This document shows, in pieces, positions 38,079 through 48,180 of a stretch of DNA of 64,000 nt. The notes under the pieces are model-generated. The model had not been told where the DNA came from. It made no database searches and saw only the letters and a program-made list of their open reading frames with translations. The DNA is taken from positions 215,609 through 279,608 of the forward strand of contig CAWJDS010000017.1 in the NCBI GenBank assembly GCA_963841645.1. The letters are read 5' to 3'. The DNA comes from an uncultured Gammaproteobacteria bacterium. GTDB taxonomy: Bacteria; Pseudomonadota; Gammaproteobacteria; Steroidobacterales; Rariloculaceae. The position numbers and the translations under genes are program-made. Within the stretch, counting starts at the first letter, position 1; each line of letters starts with the position of its first letter.

Positions 38079-39022
38079 TCAGACGATATCCGGCATCAGC
38101 GTGTTGTGATGCGCCCACATGCCCTTGTACGCGTCGTACGCGAACTTGTGCGGGTCGTGCCACTCACGGCCGGTGTCGGCGATCACGCCCGCGGCCAAAA
38201 TGTCCTCGGCGCTCGTTGCCCTTGCGCACGAGCTCGACGTAGCGCTCGAACAGCTTGAGCATCATGTCGTGCTCCTTTTGCACGTCCGCGCGGCCGATCA
38301 CCGGTCCATAGCTTGGCACGATCTTCGTGCGCGCATCGCCGAGCTTGAGCAGCAGCGCGAGCGAATCGACGCGGCCGCCGAGCCAGCCGCCGCCGAACCA
38401 ATCGAGCTCGGGATCGCGCAGCGGCGACACCGCGTCGCCGACGGCGAGCACGTTCTGGTCGCGGAAGTAGACGTAGATGTCGCCGTCGGTGTGCGCCTCG
38501 AGCAGGTAGCCGTACTCGATCCGCTCGCCGCCGATCTTGGTCTCGCCCGTCGTGTAGAAGGTCTCCGCGGGTTGCGCTTCCTTCGGCACCGGCTTCTGGT
38601 AGCGGTCTTCCTTCGGCAAGTAATAGCCGTACGCGAGCCGTTGCCGCGTCTTCTCGTGCGCGACGATGTGCGCGCCCGCGCGCCCCAACGCCTCGTTCGA
38701 GCCGATCTGCTCCAGGTGCCAATGGGTGTTGAAGAGCGTGTGGACGTGCGCGCCGTTCGGCAGCGCGGCGAGTGCCGCGACGAGCGGCGCGCCGGACGAC
38801 GGCCGCGCCGCTGTCGACGACCACGAGCCCGTCGCCGGTCGAGAGCGCGAGCACGTTGCCGCCCGCGCCCGAGAGCACGGCGAGCTTGTCCGTCACGCGC
38901 GTCGTTTGGATCGCGTCCGCCGCGCGCGCGCGCCACGTGAGCGGCGCGAAGGCGAGGCCGGCGCACGCGCCGAGCGCACCGTGCAGCACGGCTCGACGGC
39001 GAATCGTTGGGGCTCGGGACAT
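38079..39022 (-). pseudogene. Tat-signal MBL-fold metallo-hydrolase (at least two or three frameshifts as read)
   Basis: MSRAPTIRRRAVLHGALGACAGLAFAPL, LAVLSGAGGNVLALSTGDGLVVVDSG, then ORF 38164-38688 (GERIEYGYLLEAHTDGDIYVYFRDQNVLAVGD...WFGGGW). Tail EDILAAGVIADTGREWHDPHKFAYDAYKGMWAHHNTLMPDIV-stop at 38079-38081. Confidence 0.7.
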
Positions 39023-39053
39023 TCCGATCTCTAGCGCGCGAGCATCGAGCGGC

Positions 39054-40403
39054 TCAGACGCCCGCGATCTCGCCGGTGCTGTCCGAGAAGCTCTTGAGCT
39101 CGAGCCCGGCCTTGTTGAGCACCGTGAGATGCAGGTTCGTGAGCGTCGTGTGCTCGGGCAGCTCGACGTGCTGACCGCCCTTGAGCGCGCCGCACGCGCC
39201 GCCGACGAGGATGTTCGGCAGCGGATAGTTGTTGTGCCGGTCGCTGTTGCTCATGTTCGAGCCGTACATGAACAAGGAGTGGTCGAGCAGCGAGCCGTCG
39301 CCGTCCGGAATCGCCGCGATCTTCGCGACGAAGTCGGCGAAGCGCTGCACGTGGTACGTCTGGATCTTCACGAGCTTCAGCAGGCGTTCCTTGTCGTTCG
39401 CGTGATGCGAGAGCGGATGGAACGCGTCGGAGATGCCGATGTGGTTGTACGTGCGGTTCGTGCCCTCGGCCACCATGATGTACGACGCGACGCGCGTGAG
39501 GTTCGCCTGATACGCGAGCGCGACGAGGTCGAACATCAGCTTCACTTGCTCGTCGAACTTGTCGAGCTCGCCGATCGGCGCTTCGGGCAGCGTGAGTCCC
39601 GTGAGGTCGCGCTGCTCCGCCTTCGCGACGCGGCGCTCGATCTCGCGCACCGTGTCGAGATACTCGTCGAGAACTCTGCGGTCGCTCGGACCGAGCGATT
39701 TCTGCAGCGCGGCCGTGCGGTCGGAGATCAGGTCGAGCAGGCTCTTCGTCTCGGCCGCGATCGCGTCGCGTTCCTCGGGCGTGTCGCCCTCGCCGAACAG
39801 CTGCGTGAACACCTTGCGCGGATTGAACTCCATCGGCAGCGGCGACGTCGCATTACGGAACGACAGCGTGGTGCTGTAGTAGCAGCCGGCGCCGGACGGG
39901 CACGCGGCGACCTGCGTCGTCGTCTCGGACGCGACTTCGAGCGAAGGCAGCGCGGTCTCTTGGCCGATCTTGCCCGCGATGATCTGGTCGATCGTCGTCG
40001 CCATGCTGGCGCCGGTCGCCGAGGGATCTGGCCGTACGCCGCTGAGCCAGGTCGCGGGCACGATCGCGTGCACCGAGTTCTGGTTCGCCTTGTTCTCGAG
40101 GTTCGCGAACGAGGTCACATAGCGCTTGTATTTCTCGAGCGGCGAGAGGATCGGGCTCAGCTTGAAATCGGCGCCGGCGCCGCTCGGGGACCAGTGGTCC
40201 ATCTCCTTGCCGAACGCCGTGTTCCAAAGAATCGCGCCGTGCGGAATATAGAAGAATCCGGCGCGCAGCTTCGGCGCCGCGGCGGTGCCCGCGAGCGCCG
40301 TCGCGGCGGGGATCATCGCGTCGAGCAGCGGCAGGCCGACGGCCACCCCCAGACCGCGCAGCATGGTCCTGCGAGACAGGTGTTTCTTCGTCAGGTACGT
40401 CAC
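39054..40403 (-). CDS. DUF1552 domain-containing protein (Tat-like signal)
   Basis: KHLSRRTMLRGLGVAVGLPLLDAMIPA, FFYIPHGAI, LPSLE, and overall DUF1552 pattern. Intact. The ORF extends to 40478; GTG 40403 with an upstream GGAG is preferred. Confidence 0.85.
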   Translation of the reverse strand: MTYLTKKHLSRRTMLRGLGVAVGLPLLDAMIPAATALAGTAAAPKLRAGFFYIPHGAILWNTAFGKEMDHWSPSGAGADFKLSPILSPLEKYKRYVTSFANLENKANQNSVHAIVPATWLSGVRPDPSATGASMATTIDQIIAGKIGQETALPSLEVASETTTQVAACPSGAGCYYSTTLSFRNATSPLPMEFNPRKVFTQLFGEGDTPEERDAIAAETKSLLDLISDRTAALQKSLGPSDRRVLDEYLDTVREIERRVAKAEQRDLTGLTLPEAPIGELDKFDEQVKLMFDLVALAYQANLTRVASYIMVAEGTNRTYNHIGISDAFHPLSHHANDKERLLKLVKIQTYHVQRFADFVAKIAAIPDGDGSLLDHSLFMYGSNMSNSDRHNNYPLPNILVGGACGALKGGQHVELPEHTTLTNLHLTVLNKAGLELKSFSDSTGEIAGV

Positions 40404-40516
40404 GCTCGACTCCGGGTCGGCGGCAATCTGCAGTCTCTGGCTTCTATATATAGCAGAACCGGGGCCGCTCCGGTCCAACCGAGGTCTTGATCTGGGGCCA
40501 TGCGCGCCACGGCTGG

Positions 40517-40840
40517 TCAGTCCTCGGGGTCGTGGGGGCGGCTTCGCGGGTCGTCCCGGGGCAGGAAGCGAGCGCCGTCGCCCTTCCTGTCGGTCTCGCC
40601 GACGACGGTATAGTTACCCTCGATCACCCGCGGCGCGGATCCGCCCGAGGCGTTGCCGGCGGCTGCACCGCGAATTTTTCGCTGCAGCCACCAAAGTCGG
40701 GCGGCAAGCGCCAGGGCGGTGACGGCTCCGACCGCGAGCACCACGCCGATCACGACCGCGCCGATCAGGAATGCGAGCCCGAGCAAAGTAGCCGCGACGA
40801 TGAGCGACAGCGCCTGGATCAGCGGATTAGCTCGGCTCAA
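40517..40840 (-). CDS. small hypothetical membrane protein between the DUF1592 and DUF1552 genes
   Basis: Two hydrophobic helices ALSLIVAATLLGLAFLIGAVVIGVVLAVGAVTALALAA. The longer ORF (to 40963) would overlap the upstream gene, so TTG 40840 is proposed. The start is uncertain. Confidence 0.35.
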   Translation of the reverse strand: MSRANPLIQALSLIVAATLLGLAFLIGAVVIGVVLAVGAVTALALAARLWWLQRKIRGAAAGNASGGSAPRVIEGNYTVVGETDRKGDGARFLPRDDPRSRPHDPED

Positions 40841-40916
40841 TGTGGCTCCGTGCCGGTGGTCGCGTGGTTGACCCGGATCGAGCGAGTTGCCGGGACCTGG
40901 GTAACGAGAGCGCGAG

Positions 40917-43417
40917 CTACTTCGCCTCGACGCGCGCGACGGTCTGCGCGCCGTCGTGCGCATCGCGCGGTAGCGCCTGCTCGCGGAACGCGTCGCTCCG
41001 CACGATGCCGTGCACGAGCTCCGCGAACCGGTAGTCGCGCTTCGCGGCGTCCTGCACGATCGCGCGCACCTGCGTCATGTCGTGGTACGCGAGCTTGCGC
41101 CCGATCGCGTACATCATGAGCTTCTCGGTCACGGCTTGTGCGAACTGATCGGGCCGCGCGAGCAGCGCGTTGCGTAGCGCCACCGGTCCGTTCACGGGCG
41201 CGCCCGTCACGAGCGTCGAGCCCGCGTCGATCGGCTCGTGCGCCTCGCGATCGATCGTGCGCCACTGCCCGGTGACGGTGAAGTTCTCGAGCGCGAGGCC
41301 GTATGGGTCGATCACGCTATGGCAGCCGCTGCAGACGGCGTCGGTGCGATGCCGCTCGAGCCGCGCACGCAGCGTCTTCGGTTTCTCGCCGGCTTTCTGC
41401 GTGAGGTCGACGACGACGTTCGGCGGCGGCGGCGTCGGCGGCGTGCCCATGAGCTTGTCGAGCACCCACGCGCCGCGCAGAACCGGCGACGTGCGGTCGC
41501 CGTACGACGTGCGCAGCAGCACCGCGCCCTTGCCGAGCAGCCCGAAGCGCGCCGGATCGTCGAGCTTCACGCGCCGGAACTGCGGGCCGTGCACCCCCGT
41601 GACTCCGTAGTGGCGCGCGAGCCGCTCGTCCAAGAACGTCTGGTCCGACGTCAGCAGCTCGCGGACGTCGTGGTTGTCGAGCAGCACGCTCTTCAGGAAC
41701 AGCTCGATCTCGGTTGCGAAGTCCGTGCGCAGCGCGTCGCTGAACTCGGGGAAGATCTGCGCGTCGGGCACGACCGCCGTGAGGTCGTCGACGTTGAGCC
41801 ACTTGAGCGCGAAGCTCGTGACGAGCGTCTCCGCGCGCGGGTCGGCGAGCATCCGGTCGACTTGCGCGTCGAGCGCGCGCGGCTCGTGCAGCGTGCCGCG
41901 CTCGGCGAGCGCGAGCAGCTCGTCGTCGGGTCCCTGGTTCCAGAGGAAGAAGGAGAGGCGTGATGCGAGCGCGAGATCGTCGAGCGCGAACGTGGCGGGG
42001 GTCGCCGAGGCGGGCACGCCGCTCGCGCCGGGTTGCGCGCCGCCGGACCCGCCTGACCTTCACCGAGAGCGCGCCGGCCGGCGGCTCGATCGCGCGATAG
42101 AGGAAGTCGGGGCTCGCGAGGATCGCGGTGACGAGCTGCTCGACGCCGGCGTCGAAGCTGTCCGCGACTTGCGGCCCGCGTCGTAGAACGGCATCAGCCG
42201 CGCGACGTCGTCCGCGCCGAGGGGCCGGCGGAACGCGTGCCGCGCGAGCGTCGCGGCGATCTTCTCCGCGCACGCGCGCTCCTCGCTCGCGGCGGCAGGC
42301 GTGCAGACGAAGATCTTGTCGCGGCTCGCGGTATGCGACACGCCGGTCGGGGAGTACGGGCCCTTGAGCTCGACGCCGCCGATCAGGCGCGGCACGCGCA
42401 TCTGGCCCTGGTAGCTGAAGCCGCCGTACGGAGTGAAGCCGAAGATCGCTTCGTCCGTCGCGGCGTCGCCCGCGCTCGACGAACGTGACGACGATCTCGT
42501 GCACGCCGGCGGTCACGTGCAGCGGGATCGCGGCGAAGCGCTTCATGATCTCGGCGCGCGCGGGCGCGCCGCCGTGATCGACGAGCGCGAGGTCCTCGCG
42601 GCCGCCGAGCTTCGCGCGAAACACCTCGTCGCGGTCGAGCAGCACGACGACCGTCTGTTCCGTCTCGAGCGAGCGCGGGTAGAGGCCGACGTCGAGGTCG
42701 GTGATCGTGAGCCGGTACTCGCCGTCCGCCGGAAACGGATGCGTGAAGCGATTGCCGCCACGCGTGCCGGGCGGCAGCCCGTCGGCGTAGCCGTCCTGAT
42801 CGCCGCTCGGCGGCGCGAAATAGACGCTCGCGAGCTTCGGCGTCGGCTCGCCGATCGCGAGCCGCGCGACCTTGCGCGCGACGCCGAGGTACTGCTCGAG
42901 GAATGCGGGCGAGACGCTGAGCGCCGCGGCGATGTTGTCGAATCCGTCGACCTCGATCTCGTTCGGTAGATATTGCTTCGCGTCGATCTCGACTCCGAGC
43001 AGGTCCTTCACGGTCGCGGCGTACTCGGTTCGGTTCAAACGCTGCACGGACGTGTAACCCGCGCGCGGCTCATGCGCGCCGCGATCGATCGAATGCTCCG
43101 CCCAGCGCACGAACTCCTCGATGTGCGGCTGATCGGGTCGCGGGTTGCCGGGCGGCGGCATCAACCCTCCGCGCAGCTTGCGGATCGCGGCCTCGAAGAC
43201 TCTGGGGTTTGGCGGCGACTGCATCCGCGCCGACGCCTTCGAACACGACTCCGCCGGCCGCTTCGGCCTCGTTGTGACAGTCGGTGCAGTAGCTCTTGAG
43301 CGCCTGCCACTGCACCGCACCGCGCTGCGCGTCGAGTCGAGAGTGCAGCACGGCGAGCGCGACCGCGCCGACGGCCGAGGCCGCGAGAGCTCCAACGACG
43401 ATGCCGATGCGCTTCAT
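40917..43417 (-). pseudogene. DUF1592/DUF1595/DUF1588/DUF1585-type haem-binding (CxxCH) protein (about 4-5 frameshifts as read)
   Basis: N-terminus MKRIGIVVGALAASAV...WQALKSYCTDCHN, RKLRGGLMPPPGNP, RLNRTEYAATVKDLLG. The intact C-terminal 366 aa (ORF 40917-42017) contains LASRLSFFLWNQGPDDELL, RTSPVLRGAWVLDKLMG, AVCSGCHSVIDPYGLALENF. Confidence 0.8.
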
Positions 43418-43554
43418 GAAGACCAATGAGGATAGATAGACACCTCTGGCGCGTCTAGCCGCCGTGTTAGGCCGGTTGGCGCCTCACGCGCGCCACGCGC
43501 TTAGCCCCCGATCGCTTCCTCGTGCTGATCGCCGAGAGTGAGCGCACCCGGCTC

Positions 43555-43585
43555 GAACGAAGTGGCGTGAACCGCCACTTCGTTC
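43555..43585 (+). other. orphan perfect hairpin: 13-bp stem (gaacgaagtggcg/cgccacttcgttc), 5-nt loop, followed by cgctttcg
   Basis: Read directly; all 13 pairs are Watson-Crick. It lies in the 340-nt divergent intergenic region between 43417 (-) and 43758 (+), so it terminates neither flanking gene. Confidence 0.5.
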
Positions 43586-43757
43586 CGCTTTCGACCAAGA
43601 GTGTTCCGAACGTGACACCGCTCTGCGGCGGTCATGTCGGGTTAATCTCTTGAATCACAAGATTTTTCAAGCGCGGCACGGATGTTGCTCCGTGTCTCCC
43701 GACGGCGGATGGGGAGCGCCCGAAACGACCACTCATCGCAAAACAGGAGATCACGTC

Positions 43758-44147
43758 ATGGCTATGGAACGAACGAACGGGTTGCGGGCCGGGGTTGCTG
43801 CTCTGATCGCCGGATTTGTCGTATCGCAGGGGGCGTTCGCGGAGCCGGGCATCAATGCCGAAACGGTGCATCGGGCGATCGACGTGCGGGCATTCAACCT
43901 TTCCTCCCCAGCCGGCGCGCATGAGGCGTACAAGCGGATCGCCGCGGCGGCGCAGAGCATCTGCGCGCCGCTCAGCGGCGAAAGGGGGGTGGCTCGCGCC
44001 AAGGATCAGCGTGAGCGCGCTCAGCCCTGCTTCGACGCGGCAGTCAGCGGTGCGCTCGAGCAGGTCGCCAGAGCGACTGGTATCGATCTCAAGCGGGTTG
44101 CCGAGCTCGATCCAGCGAACCGCGGCAGTCTAGTCGCGGGACGTTAG
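43758..44147 (+). CDS. UrcA-family-like small secreted protein
   Basis: caggaga lies 7 nt upstream of the ATG. Signal MAMERTNGLRAGVAALIAGFVVSQGAFA. AIDVRAFNLSSPAGAHEAYKRIAAAAQSICAP fits the UrcA pattern as I remember it. Confidence 0.6.
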   Translation: MAMERTNGLRAGVAALIAGFVVSQGAFAEPGINAETVHRAIDVRAFNLSSPAGAHEAYKRIAAAAQSICAPLSGERGVARAKDQRERAQPCFDAAVSGALEQVARATGIDLKRVAELDPANRGSLVAGR

Positions 44148-44163
44148 CGCGGACCGGTGCACT

Positions 44164-44195
44164 CCGTGGGGGCGGTCTTCCGGCTGCCCCCACGG
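44164..44195 (+). terminator. stem-loop 17 nt after the UrcA-like stop (10-bp GC-rich stem ccgtgggggc/gcccccacgg, 12-nt loop)
   Basis: Read directly; 10 perfect pairs. There is no U-tract, so intrinsic-terminator function is plausible but not certain. Confidence 0.45.
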
Positions 44196-44247
44196 ATGTC
44201 GCGCGAACGACGAGGGGCTCGCGCCGTCGACTAGCCTCCATGCTGCT

Positions 44248-45605
44248 TTGCTCCGCGGATTCACGCGTGCAACACTCTCGCCCCGCCTGAGCACCTCGTC
44301 ATCCAATTCGACCACTTCCGCCGCAGCCGCGGCTGGCGTTGACGCGCCCGATCTGCGCGTCTTCGTGTTCGCGCTGTTCTTCGTGTTCGGCGGCATCACG
44401 AGCTTGAACGACGTCATCATCCCGAAGCTCAAAGAGATCTTCGTGCTGACGTACGCCGAGGCGATGCTCGTGCAGTCGGCATTCTTCATGGCGTACTTCG
44501 TGTTCTCGATCCCGGCCGCGCGCGTGGTGCTGCGCGTTGGCTACATGCGGACCGCGGCGCTCGGGCTCGCGACGATGTGCGCGGGCTGCTTGTTGTTCAT
44601 GCCGGCGTCCTCGGTCGCGTCGTTCCCGGTGTTCCTCACGGCGCTGTTCGTGCTTGCCGCCGGAATCACGGTGGTGCAGGTCGTCGCGAATCCGCTGATC
44701 GTGCTGCTCGGCAAGCCCGCGACGGCGCACAGCCGGCTCACGTTCGCGCAAGCGTTCAACTCGCTCGGCACGACGGTGTTTCCGTACGTCGGCTCGGTGC
44801 TGATCTTGGGCTCGCTCGCGACGGTGGATGCGAGCGCGCTCACGGGCGCGGCGCTCGACGCGTATCGCGCGCAAGAGACGCACCGGATCTTCGTGACGTA
44901 CCTCGGCCTCGCGATCGCGCTGATCGTCGCGGCCGCGCTCGTCTGGCGCAGGCGCAATCGACTGCCTCACGCTCGGCCGCACTACGGCGTCCGTTGGAAG
45001 GAAGGCTTCGAGCTGCTTCGCCAGCGGCGCTTCGCGTTCGGTGCGGCGTGCATCTTTCTCTACGTGGGCGGAGAGGTCGCAATCGGCTCGATCATCGTGA
45101 GCTATCTCATGCAGCCCGACGTGATGGGGCTCGCGCAGCGTGCGGCGGGCGATCACGTTTCGTTCTACTGGGGCGGAGCGATGGTGGGCCGCTTCGTGGG
45201 CTCGTACGTGCTGCGGATCTTTTCGCCGGGCAAGGTGCTCGCGTGCGTGGCCGCCGGCCGTGCTCGTGCCTGCTGTCGATCTCGGCGTCTTCGACCGGGC
45301 CGGTGTCGGGCTGGTCGTTGCTCGCGATCGGACTCTGCAACTCGATCATGTTTCCGACGATCTTCTCGCTCGCGAGCGAAGGGCTCGGAGCGCGCGCGGC
45401 GGAAGGCTCGGGCATCATCGCGACCGCAATCGTCGGCGGCGCTATCGTGCCGCTCGTGCTCGGCCGCACCGCGGATCTCACGAGTTTGAAGACCGCGCTA
45501 GTCGTGCCGGCTCTCTGCTACGCCGTTATCTGCGCGTTCGGCGTCTTCGCTCGCCGTCCGCATCCGGCCCTCGCGGCACAAGCCGCGTGGCAACAATCGC
45601 CATAG
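44248..45605 (+). pseudogene. MFS sugar transporter, glucose/galactose-fucose (GluP/FucP) type (one frameshift ~45250 as read)
   Basis: FALFFVFGGITSLNDVIIPKLKEIF, SAFFMAYFVFSIPA, QAFNSLGTTVFP, FLYVGGEVAIGS are in frame 1. The C-terminal part SGWSLLAIGLCNSIMFPTIFSLASEGLG...IVGGAIVP is in frame 3. Confidence 0.8.
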
Positions 45606-45643
45606 CAGTGACTGCACGGCTTGCGCCGCGGCCGCGCCTCTCC

Positions 45644-45672
45644 GTGATACTCCCGGGGCCGCGCCGTATATT
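45644..45672 (+). promoter_or_regulatory. sigma-70-like promoter candidate GTGATA-N17-TATATT placed for a leaderless transcript of the ECF sigma gene
   Basis: TATATT (45667-45672) is conspicuous in this GC-rich DNA. It ends 6 nt before ATG 45679. No Shine-Dalgarno sequence fits in between. Confidence 0.3.
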
Positions 45673-45678
45673 GCCCAG

Positions 45679-46209
45679 ATGACGCTCGAAACCGATCTTC
45701 CGGCCGAGTTCCTTTCGCAATCTGCGACGGCCGCGCCCGACTGGGACGCGGTGTACGCCGAGCAGCTGCCGAAGGTCTACAACTTCTTCCGGTATCGGCT
45801 CCGGGACGACGCGGTCGCGGAAGATCTGACCGCGACGACGTTCGAGAAGGCCTGGCGTTCGCGGGACAGCTATCGCCGCGATCTCGCGGGCTTCGCGACC
45901 TGGTTGCTCGCGATCGCGCGCAACGTCGCGACGGATCATCTGCGTGGGCGACGCGTACACGCCCCGCTCGAGGACGCGGAAGAAGTCAGCGCGTCGGGCA
46001 CACCGGAGGAGGACAACGCGCGTGCGTCCGACGGCGAGCGTCTGCGCGCGCTGCTCGCGCAGCTTCCGGACCGCGAGCGCGAGCTGATCTCATTGAAATA
46101 CGGAGCGGGTGCGACGAACCGCGCGATCGCGAAGCTCACGGGCTTGAGCGAATCGAACGTCGGCACGATCGTGCACCGCGTGGTCGAAGCGCTGCGTCGC
46201 GATTGGTGA
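45679..46209 (+). CDS. ECF-type RNA polymerase sigma-70 factor (second copy in window)
   Basis: VYNFFRYRLRDDAVAEDLTATTFEKAW, WLLAIARNVATDHLR, LPDRERELISLKYGAGATNRAIAKLTGLSESNVGTIVHRVVEAL. Confidence 0.9.
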   Translation: MTLETDLPAEFLSQSATAAPDWDAVYAEQLPKVYNFFRYRLRDDAVAEDLTATTFEKAWRSRDSYRRDLAGFATWLLAIARNVATDHLRGRRVHAPLEDAEEVSASGTPEEDNARASDGERLRALLAQLPDRERELISLKYGAGATNRAIAKLTGLSESNVGTIVHRVVEALRRDW

Positions 46210-46223
46210 CGCGAGGAGACTCT

Positions 46224-47201
46224 ATGAACGATCAATTCCTGAACAGTCTGAGACGAGACCCGGCGCCCGCGTTCGCGCGGCAGTTGAAGTCGCGACTGCA
46301 CGCGCTCGACGCGCCGGTCGTCGCCGAGCCGCGGTCGCCGATGTGGCGCTGGCTCGCGACCGCCGCGTCGGTCGTCGCGCTCGCGTTCGCGTTTACGTTC
46401 CCGGCGGTGCGCACGCGGCCGAGGCGTTCCTCGACTACTTCCGCGTCGTGAACTTCGCGGGCGTCGCGTTCGATCCGCAGCGCATGGCGCAGCTGTGGTC
46501 GAGCTCTTCGGTCGACTTGTCGACGTTGATCGGCCAGCAGGTCGACGCCCGCGGCGCCGCCTCCGCCGCCCGTCGCGTACTCGACGCTCGACGAGGCCAG
46601 TGCGGCCGCTGGGATGCGCTTGCATACGCCGACGTGGCTGCCGCCGGGTTTCACGCTCACGTCGATCGAAGTTAGCGGCGAGCACGAGTTCAGCGTCCAG
46701 GGCAACACCGAGAAGCTGCAGAGCGTGCTCGACGCGCTCGGGATCACCGACGTGTCAGTACCGACGGCGCTCGACGGTCAGACCGTCTCGATTCAAATTC
46801 CGCCGGTCGCGAGGCTCGTGTACGACGACGGCCAGCATCAGATCACGCTCACGCAGTCGCGGAGCCCAGTCATCGCGCTACCCGCGGGCGTCGACGTCGC
46901 TTCGCTTGCGGAGATCGGCCTGCGTCTGCTCGGGCTCGAGCGCGCCGAGGCCTATCGGTTCGCGCAGAGCGTCGACTGGCGGAGCACGCTGCTCGTGCCG
47001 GTGCCGGCGGCCACGGCGACCTTCCATCAGGTCGAGGTGCAGAGCGGCACGGGGCTCGTGATCGAGGCCGGCCAGGCTCGCGAAGGGCTCGGTGGCCGCG
47101 GCGGCAGCCTCGTGCTTTGGTCCAACGCCGACACGGTGTACGCGCTCGGCGGTCCCGTCCGCTCGACCGACACGCTGCAGATGGCTCAGAGCGTGCAGTA
47201 A
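46224..47201 (+). pseudogene. membrane-anchored hypothetical protein downstream of the ECF sigma (possible anti-sigma/DUF4367-like; two frameshifts as read)
   Basis: gaggag lies upstream of ATG 46224. MNDQFLNSLRRDPAPAFARQLKSRL, then TM segment WRWLATAASVVALAFAFTF. The middle is in frame 2. The C-terminal 195 aa is ORF 46614-47201 (LHTPTWLPPGFTLTSIEVSG...). Confidence 0.5.
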
Positions 47202-47210
47202 AGTTCAGGG

Positions 47211-48179
47211 ATGCCCGATCTCGCGATCGAGACCGAGTCGCTGCGCAAGCATTTCGACCGCACCGTTGCGGTGGCGGATCTGTCGCTCGCGATCCGGCGC
47301 GGCGAGGTGTTCGGTTTCCTCGGGCCGAACGGCGCGGGCAAGACGACGTCGCTCAAGCTGCTGCTCGGCCTGATCGATCCGACCGGCGGCGCGGGCACGG
47401 TGCTCGGTGCGCCGCTCGGCACGCGGGGCACACGCTCGAAGATCGGATTCCTTCCGGAGCACTTCCGCTTTCACGACTGCCTCACGGGCCGCGAGCTATT
47501 GCGGATCCACGGCCGGCTGTTCGGTTTGCGCGGCGCGGCGCTCGAGGCACGCATCGACACGCTGCTCGCGCGCGTCGCGCTCACCGAGGCGGCTGATCGG
47601 CGTCTCCAGACCTATAGCAAAGGCATGATCCAGCGCGCGGGTCTCGCGCAGGCGCTCGTGAACTCGCCGGAGCTCGTGTTCCTCGACGAGCCGACCTCGG
47701 GCCTCGATCCGCTCGGCCGAGTGCTCGTGCGCAGCATCATCGAGGAGCTGCGTGCGGCCGGCACGACGGTGTTCCTGAACTCGCATCTGCTCGGCGAGGT
47801 CGAGGCGACCTGCGACCGAGTTGCATTCGTGAAGAAGGGGCGCGTGATCGACGAGCTTTCGCTCGGCGAAGCGTCGCAAGGACTCGACGTCGAGCTCAAG
47901 CTCGGCGGCGCGGAGCGTGCCGTGCTCGAAGGGCTCGGTGCGTTCGGCGAGCTCGGCGATCTCGAGCCCGTCGAGCCTGACGGCGGGGATGAAAGCGGCG
48001 AGGCGATCGCCGGCGCGCAGTGTCTCGTGCGTCTGAGGCTCGCGAACGAGAGCGCTTTGCCCGAGCTCGCGCCATGGCTCGTCGCGCGCGGCATCGCGCT
48101 CTACGAGCTGCGCGTGCGGCGCAAGTCGCTCGAGGAGTCGTTCATCGAGATCATGGGCGAGGACCAGACGCCGGGGTGA
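47211..48179 (+). CDS. ABC transporter ATP-binding protein
   Basis: Walker A GPNGAGKTT, signature YSKGMIQR, Walker B LVFLDEPTSGLD. Intact 322 aa. Confidence 0.9.
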   Translation: MPDLAIETESLRKHFDRTVAVADLSLAIRRGEVFGFLGPNGAGKTTSLKLLLGLIDPTGGAGTVLGAPLGTRGTRSKIGFLPEHFRFHDCLTGRELLRIHGRLFGLRGAALEARIDTLLARVALTEAADRRLQTYSKGMIQRAGLAQALVNSPELVFLDEPTSGLDPLGRVLVRSIIEELRAAGTTVFLNSHLLGEVEATCDRVAFVKKGRVIDELSLGEASQGLDVELKLGGAERAVLEGLGAFGELGDLEPVEPDGGDESGEAIAGAQCLVRLRLANESALPELAPWLVARGIALYELRVRRKSLEESFIEIMGEDQTPG

Positions 48180-48180
48180 T

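Noticed and set aside
36643-38109. 488-aa ORF on the plus strand
   Set aside because: It is antisense to the DUF1684 gene and the membrane-protein gene, with Arg/Asp-rich junk composition.
38772-40490. 572-aa ORF on the plus strand
   Set aside because: It is antisense to the MBL and DUF1552 genes, Arg-rich, and has no recognisable domain.
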